DNA of 64,000 nt from Methanomethylovorans hollandica DSM 15978 (GCF_000328665.1 NC_019977.1:248001-312000); one strand, 5' to 3'. Counted from the stretch's first letter, positions 40,417 through 50,836 are shown. A program made the numbers and translations. Notes: generated by a model from the sequence alone, not told the origin.

Positions 40417-41754
40417 ATGACAGAAAATGGAATAACCAAAGAGGAAGTATTGCAGCAAGTTGCAGAAAATGATGTAAAGTTCATAAGGACACAGTTCACT
40501 GATACTCTCGGTATCATCAAAAGCTGGGCAATTCCTGCAGAGGATCTTGAGGGAGCTTTCAAGGACGGTGTTATGTTTGACGGATCCTCAATAGAGGGTT
40601 TCGCAAGGATCGAAGAATCCGACATGATGCTCATGCCCGACCCATCCACTTTCAGGATACTGCCCTGGAGGCCAAAGGAAGGCTCAGTGGCCCGTATCAT
40701 TGGCGATGTAAAGAAGCCAGATGGTACTCCTTTCGAAGGTGATCCCAGGTATGTCCTGAAGCAAGCCATGGACGATGCTGCAAAAATGGGTTATACAATG
40801 AATGTAGGTCCGGAGCTTGAGTTTTTCCTGTTCAAGCTGGACGCAGAAGGTAACCCCACAACACATCTGACCGACCATGGGGGATACTTCGACTTCGCCC
40901 CTCTGGACAAGGCACAGGATGTAAGGAGAGACATCGATTTCGCCCTTGAGGTAATGGGCTTTAAGCTGGAAGCTTCTCACCATGAGGTAGCTCCTTCACA
41001 GCACGAGATAAACTTCAGGTTCGGTGACATGCTTTCTACGGCAGACAAGGTAATTACCTTCAAGTATGTGGCAAAGTCCATTGCTTACCACAAGGGATAT
41101 TATATATCCTTCATGCCAAAGCCTCTGTTCGGTGTGAACGGTTCAGGTATGCATACTAACCAGTCCCTGATGATGAACGGCAAAAACGCGTTCTATGACT
41201 CCGATGCACCAAATGGACTCTCACAGACGTCCATGTATTATATAGGAGGCATGCTGAAATATATTAGAGAGTTTGCTGCAGTCACCAACTCAACCGTGAA
41301 CTCCTACAAGAGACTTGTGCCTGGGTATGAAGCCCCTATATACGTAACATGGTCTGCTTCCAACAGGAGCTCTCTTATCAGGATCCCTGCAACAAGAGGC
41401 ATTGGCACAAGGGTCGAGCTAAGGTGCCCCGACCCTGCGTGTAACCCATACCTTGCATTCGCCCTGATGCTGCGTGCTGGTCTTGATGGTATAAAGAACA
41501 AGATCGAGCCACCAGAAGCCACAAACGTGAACATCTTCAAGCTCAGTGAAGAAGAGCGTGCTAAGCGAGGTATCCAGTCTCTCCCCGGCAGCCTGAAGGA
41601 GGCTCTTGATCTCATGCGTGGCAGCAAGTTCACAAAGGAGGCTCTTGGTGAACATGTCTTCAATGGTTTCCTTAAGGCAAAGAATGCTGAATGGGATTCA
41701 TACAAGTCACAGGTTCACCAGTGGGAACTGGACAACTACCTGAGCATATTGTAA
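40417..41754 (+). CDS. glnA: Glutamine synthetase type I (GlnA1-like)
   Basis: FDGSSIEGF, GPELEFF, HHEVAPSQHEI, FMPKP, NGSGMH, YKRLVPGYEAP, RVELRCPD. Confidence 0.97.
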   Translation: MTENGITKEEVLQQVAENDVKFIRTQFTDTLGIIKSWAIPAEDLEGAFKDGVMFDGSSIEGFARIEESDMMLMPDPSTFRILPWRPKEGSVARIIGDVKKPDGTPFEGDPRYVLKQAMDDAAKMGYTMNVGPELEFFLFKLDAEGNPTTHLTDHGGYFDFAPLDKAQDVRRDIDFALEVMGFKLEASHHEVAPSQHEINFRFGDMLSTADKVITFKYVAKSIAYHKGYYISFMPKPLFGVNGSGMHTNQSLMMNGKNAFYDSDAPNGLSQTSMYYIGGMLKYIREFAAVTNSTVNSYKRLVPGYEAPIYVTWSASNRSSLIRIPATRGIGTRVELRCPDPACNPYLAFALMLRAGLDGIKNKIEPPEATNVNIFKLSEEERAKRGIQSLPGSLKEALDLMRGSKFTKEALGEHVFNGFLKAKNAEWDSYKSQVHQWELDNYLSIL

Positions 41755-41781
41755 GGGTAATATCCCTTACATATAACTTTA
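41750..41781 (+). terminator. Hairpin overlapping the glnA stop
   Basis: TGTAAGGG-taatat-CCCTTACA followed by T-rich sequence. Confidence 0.45.
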
Positions 41782-41948
41782 TTTCATTGTCCTTATGGAC
41801 GTTAGATGCCAATTGCTTTTAGTTTGGCTCTTATCTATTGAAGATCATCTCAAATGAACGACGAAAACAGGCCTTTTATGGATATTTGCATGGTTAGTCC
41901 GCAAAAGGCAAATTGATGTATCTCCAAAAACAGTTCTTAGTGGTAAAT

Positions 41949-43001
41949 ATGTGCGGAATTATAGGCGTTATAGACCGGGGCCAGTCTGGCATGGACGGCT
42001 CAGGTATAAAAGAGGCCCTCAGCCTGATGAACGAACGAGGAAGTGGAGAAGGTGCGGGTTATGTAGCTTATGGCATATACCCGGATTATCCGGATTATTA
42101 TGCTCTTCATGTCTTCTATGACAACTTAGTAGAGCCGAAAAAGAAGGTAGATGACCTGCTCGAAAAGTGGGGACGCGTATTTCAACAGGAAGAGATCCCT
42201 ACCTATGAGCAACCCGGCCTTAGGAAGAAACATATTCCTTGGCGGTATTTCTATAAGCCTCATAAGGATCTTGTGGTAGGCAGTTCCACACCTGAAGATG
42301 ATCTTGTAAAGACACTTGTGATGGATATCAACTCCCGTATAGATGGTGCTCTGGTGTTCTCTTCAGGGATCAACATGGGAGTGTTCAAAGCGGCTGGCTG
42401 GCCGGAGGATGTTGCGAATTTTTACCGCATACAGGATTACAAGGGTTACATATGGCTTGCTCATAACCGTTATCCAACGAACACTCCAGGTTGGTGGGGA
42501 GGCGCCCATCCATTCAATCTGCTTGACTGGTCAGTGGTCCACAATGGCGAGATCACTTCTTACGGTACTAACAGGCAGTATGTGGAAAGCAATGGCTACA
42601 AGTGTACTATGTCCACGGATACCGAGGTTGTAGCTTACCTCTTTGATATTCTGGGCAGGCGCCATGGATTATCTGAAGATCTGGTTGTCAAGGCTTTGGC
42701 TCCTCCTTTCTGGGATGAGATCGATGCAATGCCCGAAAGACAGCGGAAGATAGATCACGCCATGCGTCTCACATACGGGGCTGCCCAGATGAATGGACCT
42801 TTTGCCATAGTTGTGGCTACCAGCCAGGGTATAGTAGGGTTCACTGACCGTATCAAGCTACGTCCTTTGGTCGTGGCTGAGAACGGAAACAAGCTCTATA
42901 TCTCCAGCGAGGAGGCAGCTATCAGAGTGATGGACCCGGATGTGCAGAACATCCGTATGCCTAGGGCAGGCGAACCGGTCATAGGGAGGGTTATTGTATG
43001 A
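41949..43001 (+). CDS. Glutamate synthase, glutamine amidotransferase (class II) subunit
   Basis: N-terminal MCGIIG, AHNRYPTN, HPF, VHNGEI, TDTE, DRIKLRP. Confidence 0.92.
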   Translation: MCGIIGVIDRGQSGMDGSGIKEALSLMNERGSGEGAGYVAYGIYPDYPDYYALHVFYDNLVEPKKKVDDLLEKWGRVFQQEEIPTYEQPGLRKKHIPWRYFYKPHKDLVVGSSTPEDDLVKTLVMDINSRIDGALVFSSGINMGVFKAAGWPEDVANFYRIQDYKGYIWLAHNRYPTNTPGWWGGAHPFNLLDWSVVHNGEITSYGTNRQYVESNGYKCTMSTDTEVVAYLFDILGRRHGLSEDLVVKALAPPFWDEIDAMPERQRKIDHAMRLTYGAAQMNGPFAIVVATSQGIVGFTDRIKLRPLVVAENGNKLYISSEEAAIRVMDPDVQNIRMPRAGEPVIGRVIV

Positions 43002-44509
43002 CTCTGGGCAGTGTACCTCTGCGGTATAAGGTAAGCATCGACCGTGACCAGTGTATGCAGTGTATGCGCTGTGTGGATAATTGTTCCTATGGTGTTTACA
43101 GGGTGGAGGGCGACAAGATCCTTATCGACTCCCGCAAATGCACTGCCTGCCACCGTTGTATTTCCATGTGTCCCAGAGATGCTATCAATCTTCAGGAGAG
43201 GCCCGTGGATTACCGTAGCCATCCCTTGTGGACAGCCCAGACAAGAGAGGATATTATCAATCAGGCCCGCACTGGCAAGATAATCCTTGCAGGTATGGGT
43301 AATGCACTTGATTATCCTATAATCTTCGACAGGCTGGTATTGGATGCCTGCCAGGTGACAAATCCTAGTATTGATCCTCTGAGGGAGCCCATGGAACTGC
43401 GCACATACCTGGGTAAGAAGCCTTCAAGGCTTGAATTCAGAAAGAACGATGAAGGTGATGTGGAACTTGTCACGGAGCTTGCCCCTAATCTGAAGCTTGA
43501 AACACCTATCATGATAGGCCACATGAGTTACGGTGCTATCAGTCTCAATACCCAGATAAGCCTCGCAAAGGCAGTGACCGAAATGGGTACTTTCATGGGT
43601 ACAGGTGAAGGTGGAATGCATAAGGCCCTGCATCCTTATCAGGATCACACCATCGTTCAGGTGGCTTCAGGGCGTTTTGGTGTTGACATCGATTATCTTG
43701 AACGTGGCGCAGCCATTGAGATCAAGATCGGACAGGGTGCCAAGCCAGGCATAGGCGGTCACCTGCCCGGTGAAAAAGTATGCGTTGATGTGTCCTGCAC
43801 CCGTATGATCCCCCTGGGTTCAGACGCTATAAGTCCGGCACCTCATCATGATATATATAGTATAGAGGATCTGGCACAATTGGTCAGGAGCCTTAAGGAA
43901 GCTACAGAATGGAAGAAGCCAGTGTTCGTAAAGATCGCAGCTGTACACAACGTAGCAGCCATAGCTGCAGGTATTGCACGTTCGTCAGCAGATGCCGTTG
44001 TAATTGATGGTTTCCGTGGCGGGACAGGTGCAGCTCCTAAAGTGTTCAGGGACAATGTAGGCATACCCATAGAGGCAGCTATAGCCGCTGTAGATCACAA
44101 GCTGAGTGATCAGGGTGTGAGAAATGAGGTTTCCATTATTGCAAGCGGAGGTATACGCAACAGTGCAGACCTTGCAAAATCCATTGCTCTGGGAGCGGAT
44201 GCAGTATATATCGGAACAGCTTCCCTGATTGCTCTTGGATGCCGGGTGTGTGGTAACTGCTACCGTGGTCTGTGTCCCTGGGGCATAGCCACCCAACGGC
44301 AGGATCTGGTAGATCGTATCGATCCCGAGATAGGGGGAAGGAACGTTGCAAACCTTATCCATGCCTGGACACTGGAACTCAGTGAACTGATGGGTGCTGC
44401 TGGTTTGAATAGCATTGAAAGCCTCAGGGGTAATCGCGAGCGTTTGCGTGGATATATGCTGGATGAAGGCATGCTGAAAGTGCTGAATGTAGAACCGGTG
44501 GGGGCATAA
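42998..44509 (+). CDS. Glutamate synthase FMN-binding subunit with N-terminal 2x[4Fe-4S]
   Basis: CMQCMRC/CTACHRC; MSYGAIS, TGEGG, QVASGRFG, EIKIGQGAKPGIGGHLPG, SPAPHHDIYSIEDL. Confidence 0.94.
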   Translation: MTLGSVPLRYKVSIDRDQCMQCMRCVDNCSYGVYRVEGDKILIDSRKCTACHRCISMCPRDAINLQERPVDYRSHPLWTAQTREDIINQARTGKIILAGMGNALDYPIIFDRLVLDACQVTNPSIDPLREPMELRTYLGKKPSRLEFRKNDEGDVELVTELAPNLKLETPIMIGHMSYGAISLNTQISLAKAVTEMGTFMGTGEGGMHKALHPYQDHTIVQVASGRFGVDIDYLERGAAIEIKIGQGAKPGIGGHLPGEKVCVDVSCTRMIPLGSDAISPAPHHDIYSIEDLAQLVRSLKEATEWKKPVFVKIAAVHNVAAIAAGIARSSADAVVIDGFRGGTGAAPKVFRDNVGIPIEAAIAAVDHKLSDQGVRNEVSIIASGGIRNSADLAKSIALGADAVYIGTASLIALGCRVCGNCYRGLCPWGIATQRQDLVDRIDPEIGGRNVANLIHAWTLELSELMGAAGLNSIESLRGNRERLRGYMLDEGMLKVLNVEPVGA

Positions 44510-44511
44510 AG

Positions 44512-45252
44512 ATGGAAAAGCTGGTCATTGATGCAAAAGGTATGCATTACACTCCGCTCAATAAGCAGATCCGACAGGCTGTAGCCGCCGGTGTTAAGGA
44601 GATCGAGATAAATAATGTGCTTGGGCAGCGTTTTATAGCCAACGGTCTCAGAGGTGATGTGAAAATTACCATCAATGGTATTCCCGGTGGTGATCTTTGT
44701 ATGTTCATGAATGGGCCGGAGTGTACTGTTCACGGGGATTGTGAACATGCTCCTGGAAACACTATGGATGGAGGGATGATCATCGTCCATGGCAGTGCAG
44801 GAGACGCTGTAGCTCACAGTATGCGTGGTGGTAAGGTGTATGTCCGGAATAATATAGGATACCGAGGCGGTATACACATGAAAGGATACGAATCTAAAAA
44901 GCCAACTCTTGTAATAGGTGGCATTTCTCATGCATTCCTTGGTGAATACATGGCTGGAGGTCTTATATTGGTCCTTGGTATGGGTTCACAGCCAATAATG
45001 AGGGACAGAGGTATCGGCAGCGGTATACACGGGGGAGAGATCGTGATCCGTGGAACTGTGGCTGACAGGCTTCTGGGAGTAGGTGCCAGGAAAACAGAGT
45101 TCACTGAAAGCGATCTTAAAAGGTTATCCCCGGTAATAGAGGATTTTTGTTCCAGGTTCGATCTAGATCCATCTCCTCTCATGAATACCAACTACACACG
45201 TATAGTGCCTTCAAGCACCAGGCCCTTTGCTGACAAATATACGTGGGAGTGA
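44512..45252 (+). CDS. Glutamate synthase GXGXG (domain 3) subunit
   Basis: GQRFI, PGNTMDGG, MRGGKVY, GYRGGIHMK, FLGEYMAGG. Confidence 0.9.
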   Translation: MEKLVIDAKGMHYTPLNKQIRQAVAAGVKEIEINNVLGQRFIANGLRGDVKITINGIPGGDLCMFMNGPECTVHGDCEHAPGNTMDGGMIIVHGSAGDAVAHSMRGGKVYVRNNIGYRGGIHMKGYESKKPTLVIGGISHAFLGEYMAGGLILVLGMGSQPIMRDRGIGSGIHGGEIVIRGTVADRLLGVGARKTEFTESDLKRLSPVIEDFCSRFDLDPSPLMNTNYTRIVPSSTRPFADKYTWE

Positions 45253-45257
45253 TTTAA

Positions 45258-46280
45258 ATGGGCAAAAATTATCTCGATCTTAAGGCTGAGGTCTGGGACA
45301 CAGGCATATGTGCATCTTGTGGTGCATGTGTTGCAGTGTGTCCGGCAGATGCTATATTTTTCAAGACTGGGGAAGAATCCATAAGCCCCTTAAACAATGA
45401 ATACTGTAAGGAAGTTACTGACGGAGTACCATGTGGTGCATGTTATGCTACCTGCCCCAGGCTGGACCCGGCACCAACTGAAGTGTTGGGGCAATATCTG
45501 GATATCTTTTCTGCAAAGGCAGATATTCCTGTTCCGGGAAAACAGAGTGGAGGAGCTGTCACAGCTATTCTGGTGAATGCTCTTGAACAGGGCATGATCG
45601 ATGCAGTGGTCACAGTGGAAGAGGACCCATGGACTCTTAAACCATCGTCAACTGTCATCACATCGGAAGATGTGCTTATCAATCAGGCCGGAAGCCGTTA
45701 CAACTGGTGGGTGCCACTGGTCTCTTCTCTGAAAGAGGCTGTCATCACCCGTAAGTATAGAAAAGTTGCAGTTGTGGGTGTGCCCTGTGTGGTGCAGGCT
45801 GTCAGAAAAATGCTTGATAGCGACCACGACCTCTTAAGACCATTCAGGCGTTCCATTCGCCTGGTTGTAGGACTTTTCTGTACTGAAACCTTCGACTACG
45901 AGAAGCTGGTAGAGGAAAAACTGATCCGGGAGCGCAGCATTGAACCTCTGGACATGATCCGCTTTGATGTGAAAGGGAAGCTGGAGATCACCATGAAAGA
46001 TGGTAGTCTCACAATGATACCGTTGAAAGATGTTGATGACTGTGTAAGACCAGGTTGCAGGGTGTGTACTGACTTCACTGCTATTTATTCAGATCTGTCT
46101 GCGGGTTCAGTGGGTAGTCCAACAGGCTATACTACACTGATCATACGCAGTACTGCCGGGCAGACTGTTGTACAAAGAGCCATCGAAAACGGTTTGCTTT
46201 CTACAGGGCCTGATGTGGACATACAGGCTGTAGAAAAGCTATCAGGTAAGAAAATTGCAAGAAAACAGGAGAAAATATAA
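45258..46280 (+). CDS. F420-binding FrhB/FdhB-family subunit with ferredoxin domain
   Basis: CASCGACVAVCP, QSGGAVTAIL, VGVPC, GLFCTE, GCRVCTDF..DLSAGSVGS. Confidence 0.9.
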   Translation: MGKNYLDLKAEVWDTGICASCGACVAVCPADAIFFKTGEESISPLNNEYCKEVTDGVPCGACYATCPRLDPAPTEVLGQYLDIFSAKADIPVPGKQSGGAVTAILVNALEQGMIDAVVTVEEDPWTLKPSSTVITSEDVLINQAGSRYNWWVPLVSSLKEAVITRKYRKVAVVGVPCVVQAVRKMLDSDHDLLRPFRRSIRLVVGLFCTETFDYEKLVEEKLIRERSIEPLDMIRFDVKGKLEITMKDGSLTMIPLKDVDDCVRPGCRVCTDFTAIYSDLSAGSVGSPTGYTTLIIRSTAGQTVVQRAIENGLLSTGPDVDIQAVEKLSGKKIARKQEKI

Positions 46281-46361
46281 GATATCACATTTATGGCTGC
46301 GGTGTCTATCCTCTTCCTCGTCGTTCCTAACCATGCTGATAGACACCGTATATCCATCCTT

Positions 46362-46706
46362 TTATGCAATCCTTTCAAGTTCCTGGCACAATGCTGTACT
46401 TATACCCTTTTTCCTTTGAGAGGGATGCACACACATAAGGTTGATGTATGTGTCATTCTCTCCTCTCCAGAACTTGTTGCAGCCAATAACACCGATAACA
46501 TTCCCGGATGGGCCGGATGGGCCACTATGATCTTCTGCTATCAAATAATAGGAATGCTTACCAGTAAGACATTCCCATACCCTTTGATCTATACCATTTC
46601 CCCTCATGCTGAGGGGCGGGTAAAACTCATTGTCTACAATTTCGATGAACCGGCAGAGAGGGTTGTGATCTTCCTGCCGGGCCTGTCGTATCTTAATATC
46701 CGGCAT
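46362..46706 (-). pseudogene. Truncated GNAT acetyltransferase
   Basis: IRQARQED..VHPSQRKKGISTAL (motif A) ends at TAA; frame continues KDGY.. but no normal GNAT C-terminus; coupled to the upstream glnA stop. Confidence 0.55.
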
Positions 46707-48034
46707 TAAGTTCTGTTAAGATACCTTTCGATCTCCCATTCATGTACCTGTTTTTTATATTCATCCCATTCTGCTCTCGCAAGTCTGAGGATATTGTCAT
46801 GTACATGTGTGCCCAATACTTTCTTGAGCAACTCGTCCTGCTCAAAGTAGTTTGCACTCTCATTGAGGGTACCTGGCAGACTTTCGATACCATTTTCTGC
46901 ACGCTCTTTGAGACTAAGATCAAAAATATTGTAGTCCACAAAATGTTTTGGAGCAGCCTTGTTCTGTATGCCTTCAAGACCTGCTGCCAGTATAGCAGCG
47001 AAAGTAAGATACGGATTGCAGGATGGGTCGGGACTTCTCAGTTCCACACGGGTACTGCTGCCTCTTGCAACAGGTATGCGCAGAAGAGAACTGCGATTAG
47101 CACCAGACCATGCAATGTATACAGGTGCCTCATATCCGGGGATGATCCTCTTGTATGAGTTGACAATGGGATTGGCTATGCACGTGATAGCTTTTATATG
47201 GTTCAGAACACCGGCGATGAAATACCTTGCTGTATCGCTGATCTCCATCTCAGCATCCGGGTCGTAGAAAGCGTTCTTTCCATCCTTTGAAAGGGATAGG
47301 TTGACATGCATACCTGAACCATTGACGGTAGCTATTGGTTTTGGCATGAATGTGGCATGTAATCCATTTATCTTAGCTATCGTCCTGGCGACGTACTTGA
47401 ATGTGACCACATTGTCGGCCATAGTTAATGCGTCCCCATACTTGAAGTCTATCTCATGCTGTCCAAAGGCCACTTCATGATGGGAAGCTTCAATATCAAA
47501 ATCAAGGTCCATGAGTGTGAGGACGATCTCACGTCTGATATCTTCAGCAATGTCCGTGGGTGCAAACTCAAAGTAGCTTCCGTAGTCATGAGGTATGGTC
47601 GTAGCATTACCGTTTTCTTTTTCGAAAAGGAAAAACTCCATCTCAGGCCCTACATTCAAAGTAAAACCCATATCTGCAGCCTTTTCTGTGATTTTTCTAA
47701 GTACATAGCGGGGATCGCCTTTGAAAGGCTCGCCATTTGGCTGGTACACATCGCAGATAATGCGTGCCAGCTTTCCTTTACCATTATTCCAGGGAAGTAT
47801 TGCAAATGTAGTTACATCAGGTTTAAGCAGCATGTCTGACTCGTATATTCTGACAAATCCCTCTATAGAAGAGCCATCAAAGCCGATTCCTGTGGTCAGA
47901 GCTTTTTTTATCTGGGTCACAGGTATTTCCACGTCCTTAACCACACCCTGTATATCTGTGAACTGTAACCTTATGAACTTTATATTATGTTCTTCAATGG
48001 CTTTTAAAACATCGTTTTCGTTCTTAACAATCAT
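46706..48034 (-). CDS. glnA: Glutamine synthetase type I, second paralog
   Basis: FDGSSIEGF, GPEMEFF, HHEVAFGQHEI, TFMPKP, NGSGMH, YKRIIPGYEAP, RVELRSPD. Confidence 0.96.
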   Translation of the reverse strand: MIVKNENDVLKAIEEHNIKFIRLQFTDIQGVVKDVEIPVTQIKKALTTGIGFDGSSIEGFVRIYESDMLLKPDVTTFAILPWNNGKGKLARIICDVYQPNGEPFKGDPRYVLRKITEKAADMGFTLNVGPEMEFFLFEKENGNATTIPHDYGSYFEFAPTDIAEDIRREIVLTLMDLDFDIEASHHEVAFGQHEIDFKYGDALTMADNVVTFKYVARTIAKINGLHATFMPKPIATVNGSGMHVNLSLSKDGKNAFYDPDAEMEISDTARYFIAGVLNHIKAITCIANPIVNSYKRIIPGYEAPVYIAWSGANRSSLLRIPVARGSSTRVELRSPDPSCNPYLTFAAILAAGLEGIQNKAAPKHFVDYNIFDLSLKERAENGIESLPGTLNESANYFEQDELLKKVLGTHVHDNILRLARAEWDEYKKQVHEWEIERYLNRT

Positions 48035-48563
48035 TAGATCTCCTGTCCAGCAGCATGCACTGCAATCACTTGAGCTATATTAATTAACATCTAAATGAAG
48101 ATAAGATTATTCTTTGTATATTAATGAATTCATACGCATTAAAAAACTTAATCTTCCGCATTTTCTCAAATAAATAGTGATTTTTCAAGATCTTAAACCA
48201 CCCAGTACTGATATGTTTCAGTACATAATTTTTATCAACTATCTTAAAATTTTAATAAATTCTTTATCATATCAAAGATCTCTGCATTATCTTATATCTC
48301 CTGCATTTCTTCCGTTTTCTTCAGTATAGAGTATATTTTCTTAAAAATAAAGTAATTCTATTATTTTTTCATCAACTCTGATGGGTTTACAGAGAATTAA
48401 AAGTTTCAATAAGCAATTACCATGCTTTATTCATCTATTGAAAATGATCTCTAAGATATATTTCCTTAAAAATCTTTTGTAAAGCTTCATTGTTTAAAAG
48501 AGTTGTAAATAATAGTATATCTGTTTTATATTCTAGTTTTCTAATAAAAATTTCTCAAGCATA

Positions 48564-48586
48564 TTTATATGGTAGTTCAATACCAT
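48564..48586 (+). promoter_or_regulatory. TATA box followed by perfect ATGGTA-N6-TACCAT palindrome
   Basis: TTTATAT 48564-48570 overlapping ATGGTA GTTCAA TACCAT 48569-48586. Confidence 0.55.
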
Positions 48587-48670
48587 TATAGACCTGACAT
48601 CCTGGTCCATCAGGATTTTCTCTGCTGGAAACGAAAATGACCCTTATATAAATATAGGTATCTGAATCAC

Positions 48671-49618
48671 ATGAATCTTAAGGCTATAATTATCATATTT
48701 GCAATAATCTTTGTTATTTTTGCAGGTGGATGTGCGGAGAAGCCTTCCACTCAGAACAGCGGTCCAGATCAGAATATAAATTATGGTCTTGTTCCTCCAT
48801 ATTTCACACTTCTTTCTTCACCTGGTAATATCAAACCAGAAGATCCTGCTCGTCCTGTTATCAGAGATGAAGGAGAGGAGATCAACAAGATCCTCTCAGA
48901 AGCCGTTATGATATCACAGGAGTTAAATTCCAGGATACTGAGTTATGAGAAAGAGGGTAAAGATGTTAAAATGCTTAAGTCTCTCCTGGAAGAATATAAT
49001 ACATTGATCTCCAGTGCAAAAACATATCGGGAACTTGCAGATCAGCATCATGAAGGCTGTACTGACCCGGAATGCCAGACAATTCAAAAGGAACTATATT
49101 TACACCAGTCCAGAGAAAGCCTGAAAAGATCCAATTCAGTCCTGTCGGAGATCTTCAATGAAATGAAAATAATGCTTCCGGGCCATGTTATATTAGGCGA
49201 GGGCTGCACTCTTTCCGGGAAAGGTACCGGCAGGGTGTTGCTTGCAGGTGATGACCTAAGTGCTAATCTTTCTATAAGGAATGGGATATTTTATATAATT
49301 GGTCTTCCTCATAGCTCGGGATCACCTGTAAGCATAGTAGGGAAGTATGAATTCGAAAATTCAGACAACCCTCAAGATCGTGTATCTTATTACAAGATAC
49401 TTGATGCCACAGTGGATATTTCAGCACAAAGGTCAGCTTTTATAGTGGAAGCAAATGAAATATCGCTCATTGTAAAAGGAAATGGCACAATTGATTTCTT
49501 TGGTAACGGTACTTATAGCGTAACATGCCCAGATGGCAGTTTTGATGATATGAGATGGGAAGTACCTGCAGTAAGAAGAACTATTAATAACCCCTCTGTC
49601 TATACTGGTAGCAAATGA
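48671..49618 (+). CDS. Putative lipoprotein (helical N-domain plus beta/Gly-rich C-domain)
   Basis: MNLKAIIIIFAIIFVIFAGGC lipobox-like signal; 315 aa. Confidence 0.7.
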   Translation: MNLKAIIIIFAIIFVIFAGGCAEKPSTQNSGPDQNINYGLVPPYFTLLSSPGNIKPEDPARPVIRDEGEEINKILSEAVMISQELNSRILSYEKEGKDVKMLKSLLEEYNTLISSAKTYRELADQHHEGCTDPECQTIQKELYLHQSRESLKRSNSVLSEIFNEMKIMLPGHVILGEGCTLSGKGTGRVLLAGDDLSANLSIRNGIFYIIGLPHSSGSPVSIVGKYEFENSDNPQDRVSYYKILDATVDISAQRSAFIVEANEISLIVKGNGTIDFFGNGTYSVTCPDGSFDDMRWEVPAVRRTINNPSVYTGSK

Positions 49619-50601
49619 AAGCATTTTCCCGTAGAATCGCATTTGCCATTTTGTTAGTCATTCCACTTATAATGACTGCTGGTGCAAGCGCTACCATTCA
49701 TGGTGTAGTGTATGAGTGGAATACATTTCAAGCCATGGAAAATGTAATTGTAAGTGTGAACTCTACTCCAGTGCAATCAATGGTGTGCAAATATGGTACT
49801 TATTCCTTTGAGCTGCCATTGGGAAGTTACAAGATAATTGCAAATTTTTATGAGGACAATAATCTTATATATTACGGGGAGGGCCTCGTGAATATCACAG
49901 ACGAGGGCAGCTATGTGCTCGATATGCTACTTTTTCCTGTTTATTCTCAAAGTACATCTTTTACCAATCTTTCTTCTTCTATGAATGTTTCTTCTTCTGC
50001 CAATGTTTCTTATTTATCTTCTTTAAATGAGTCAATGGATGCTCGGAATGTGACAGCAGGTCAGAGTATTTCTACTTCAGTTAATACTTTTCTTCTAATA
50101 GTTTTAATACTTTTAGTTCTGTTCATCTGGTTAAGGCATCCAACGAATCGCAAAAATACTCCTCACTTTGAACGGCATCATGCAGCAAAGCAAGAAAAGG
50201 TCAAGGAAAAAGTAGCTCTTACACCTGGGACAGTAGTTTTCTCAGCACCAGCTGAGATGATTGAAGTGATGGCAGAAGATTCTGATGCACTGGAGCCTGG
50301 CGAACTATATGAACCATATGATCCCGATGAATTAATGGTTACCGAGCCGGATAACCTTGGGCCGGCCACTTCTGATGATATTCCCAGGGGGCCAATGCCC
50401 GCTGATCTGCAGGAAATACTGGATGTCATTAGTTCGCAGGGGGGACGTATGACCCAGAAAGACCTGCGTGGCAAGCTCAAATATTCAGAAGGTAAAGTGA
50501 GCCTCATGCTTTTTGATCTTGAAAAGCGGGGCATGATCCAGAAATTCAAAAGAGGTAGGGGGAATGTTATTATTCTTATTGAACAGGATCAACTGTCTTG
50601 A
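49615..50601 (+). CDS. Membrane-anchored winged-HTH protein (signal peptide, extracellular beta domain, TM, cytoplasmic wHTH)
   Basis: ATIHGVVYEW..GTYSFELPLGSY; TM FLLIVLILLVLFIWL; GGRMTQKDLRGKLKYSEGKVSLMLFDLEKRGMIQKFKRGRGN. Confidence 0.82.
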   Translation: MKAFSRRIAFAILLVIPLIMTAGASATIHGVVYEWNTFQAMENVIVSVNSTPVQSMVCKYGTYSFELPLGSYKIIANFYEDNNLIYYGEGLVNITDEGSYVLDMLLFPVYSQSTSFTNLSSSMNVSSSANVSYLSSLNESMDARNVTAGQSISTSVNTFLLIVLILLVLFIWLRHPTNRKNTPHFERHHAAKQEKVKEKVALTPGTVVFSAPAEMIEVMAEDSDALEPGELYEPYDPDELMVTEPDNLGPATSDDIPRGPMPADLQEILDVISSQGGRMTQKDLRGKLKYSEGKVSLMLFDLEKRGMIQKFKRGRGNVIILIEQDQLS

Positions 50602-50836
50602 TACATAATCTTGTTTTTTGTTCTTTTCTTTTTCTAAAAGAATCCTTTATTCCAACTCTAAAGAGTATTAAACTGCCATTTAGAGGTTTTTTCTTGTTAA
50701 ATTCCTTAACAAAAGGTTCAATTTAAAAACTAACGTATATTTTCTCTTTAAGCTTTAAGTATATTTTTATTATAAAATACCACAAGGAGGTTTGCTGCCA
50801 GGAATATACTGGCGGCTTACCCCTGCACAGCCATAC

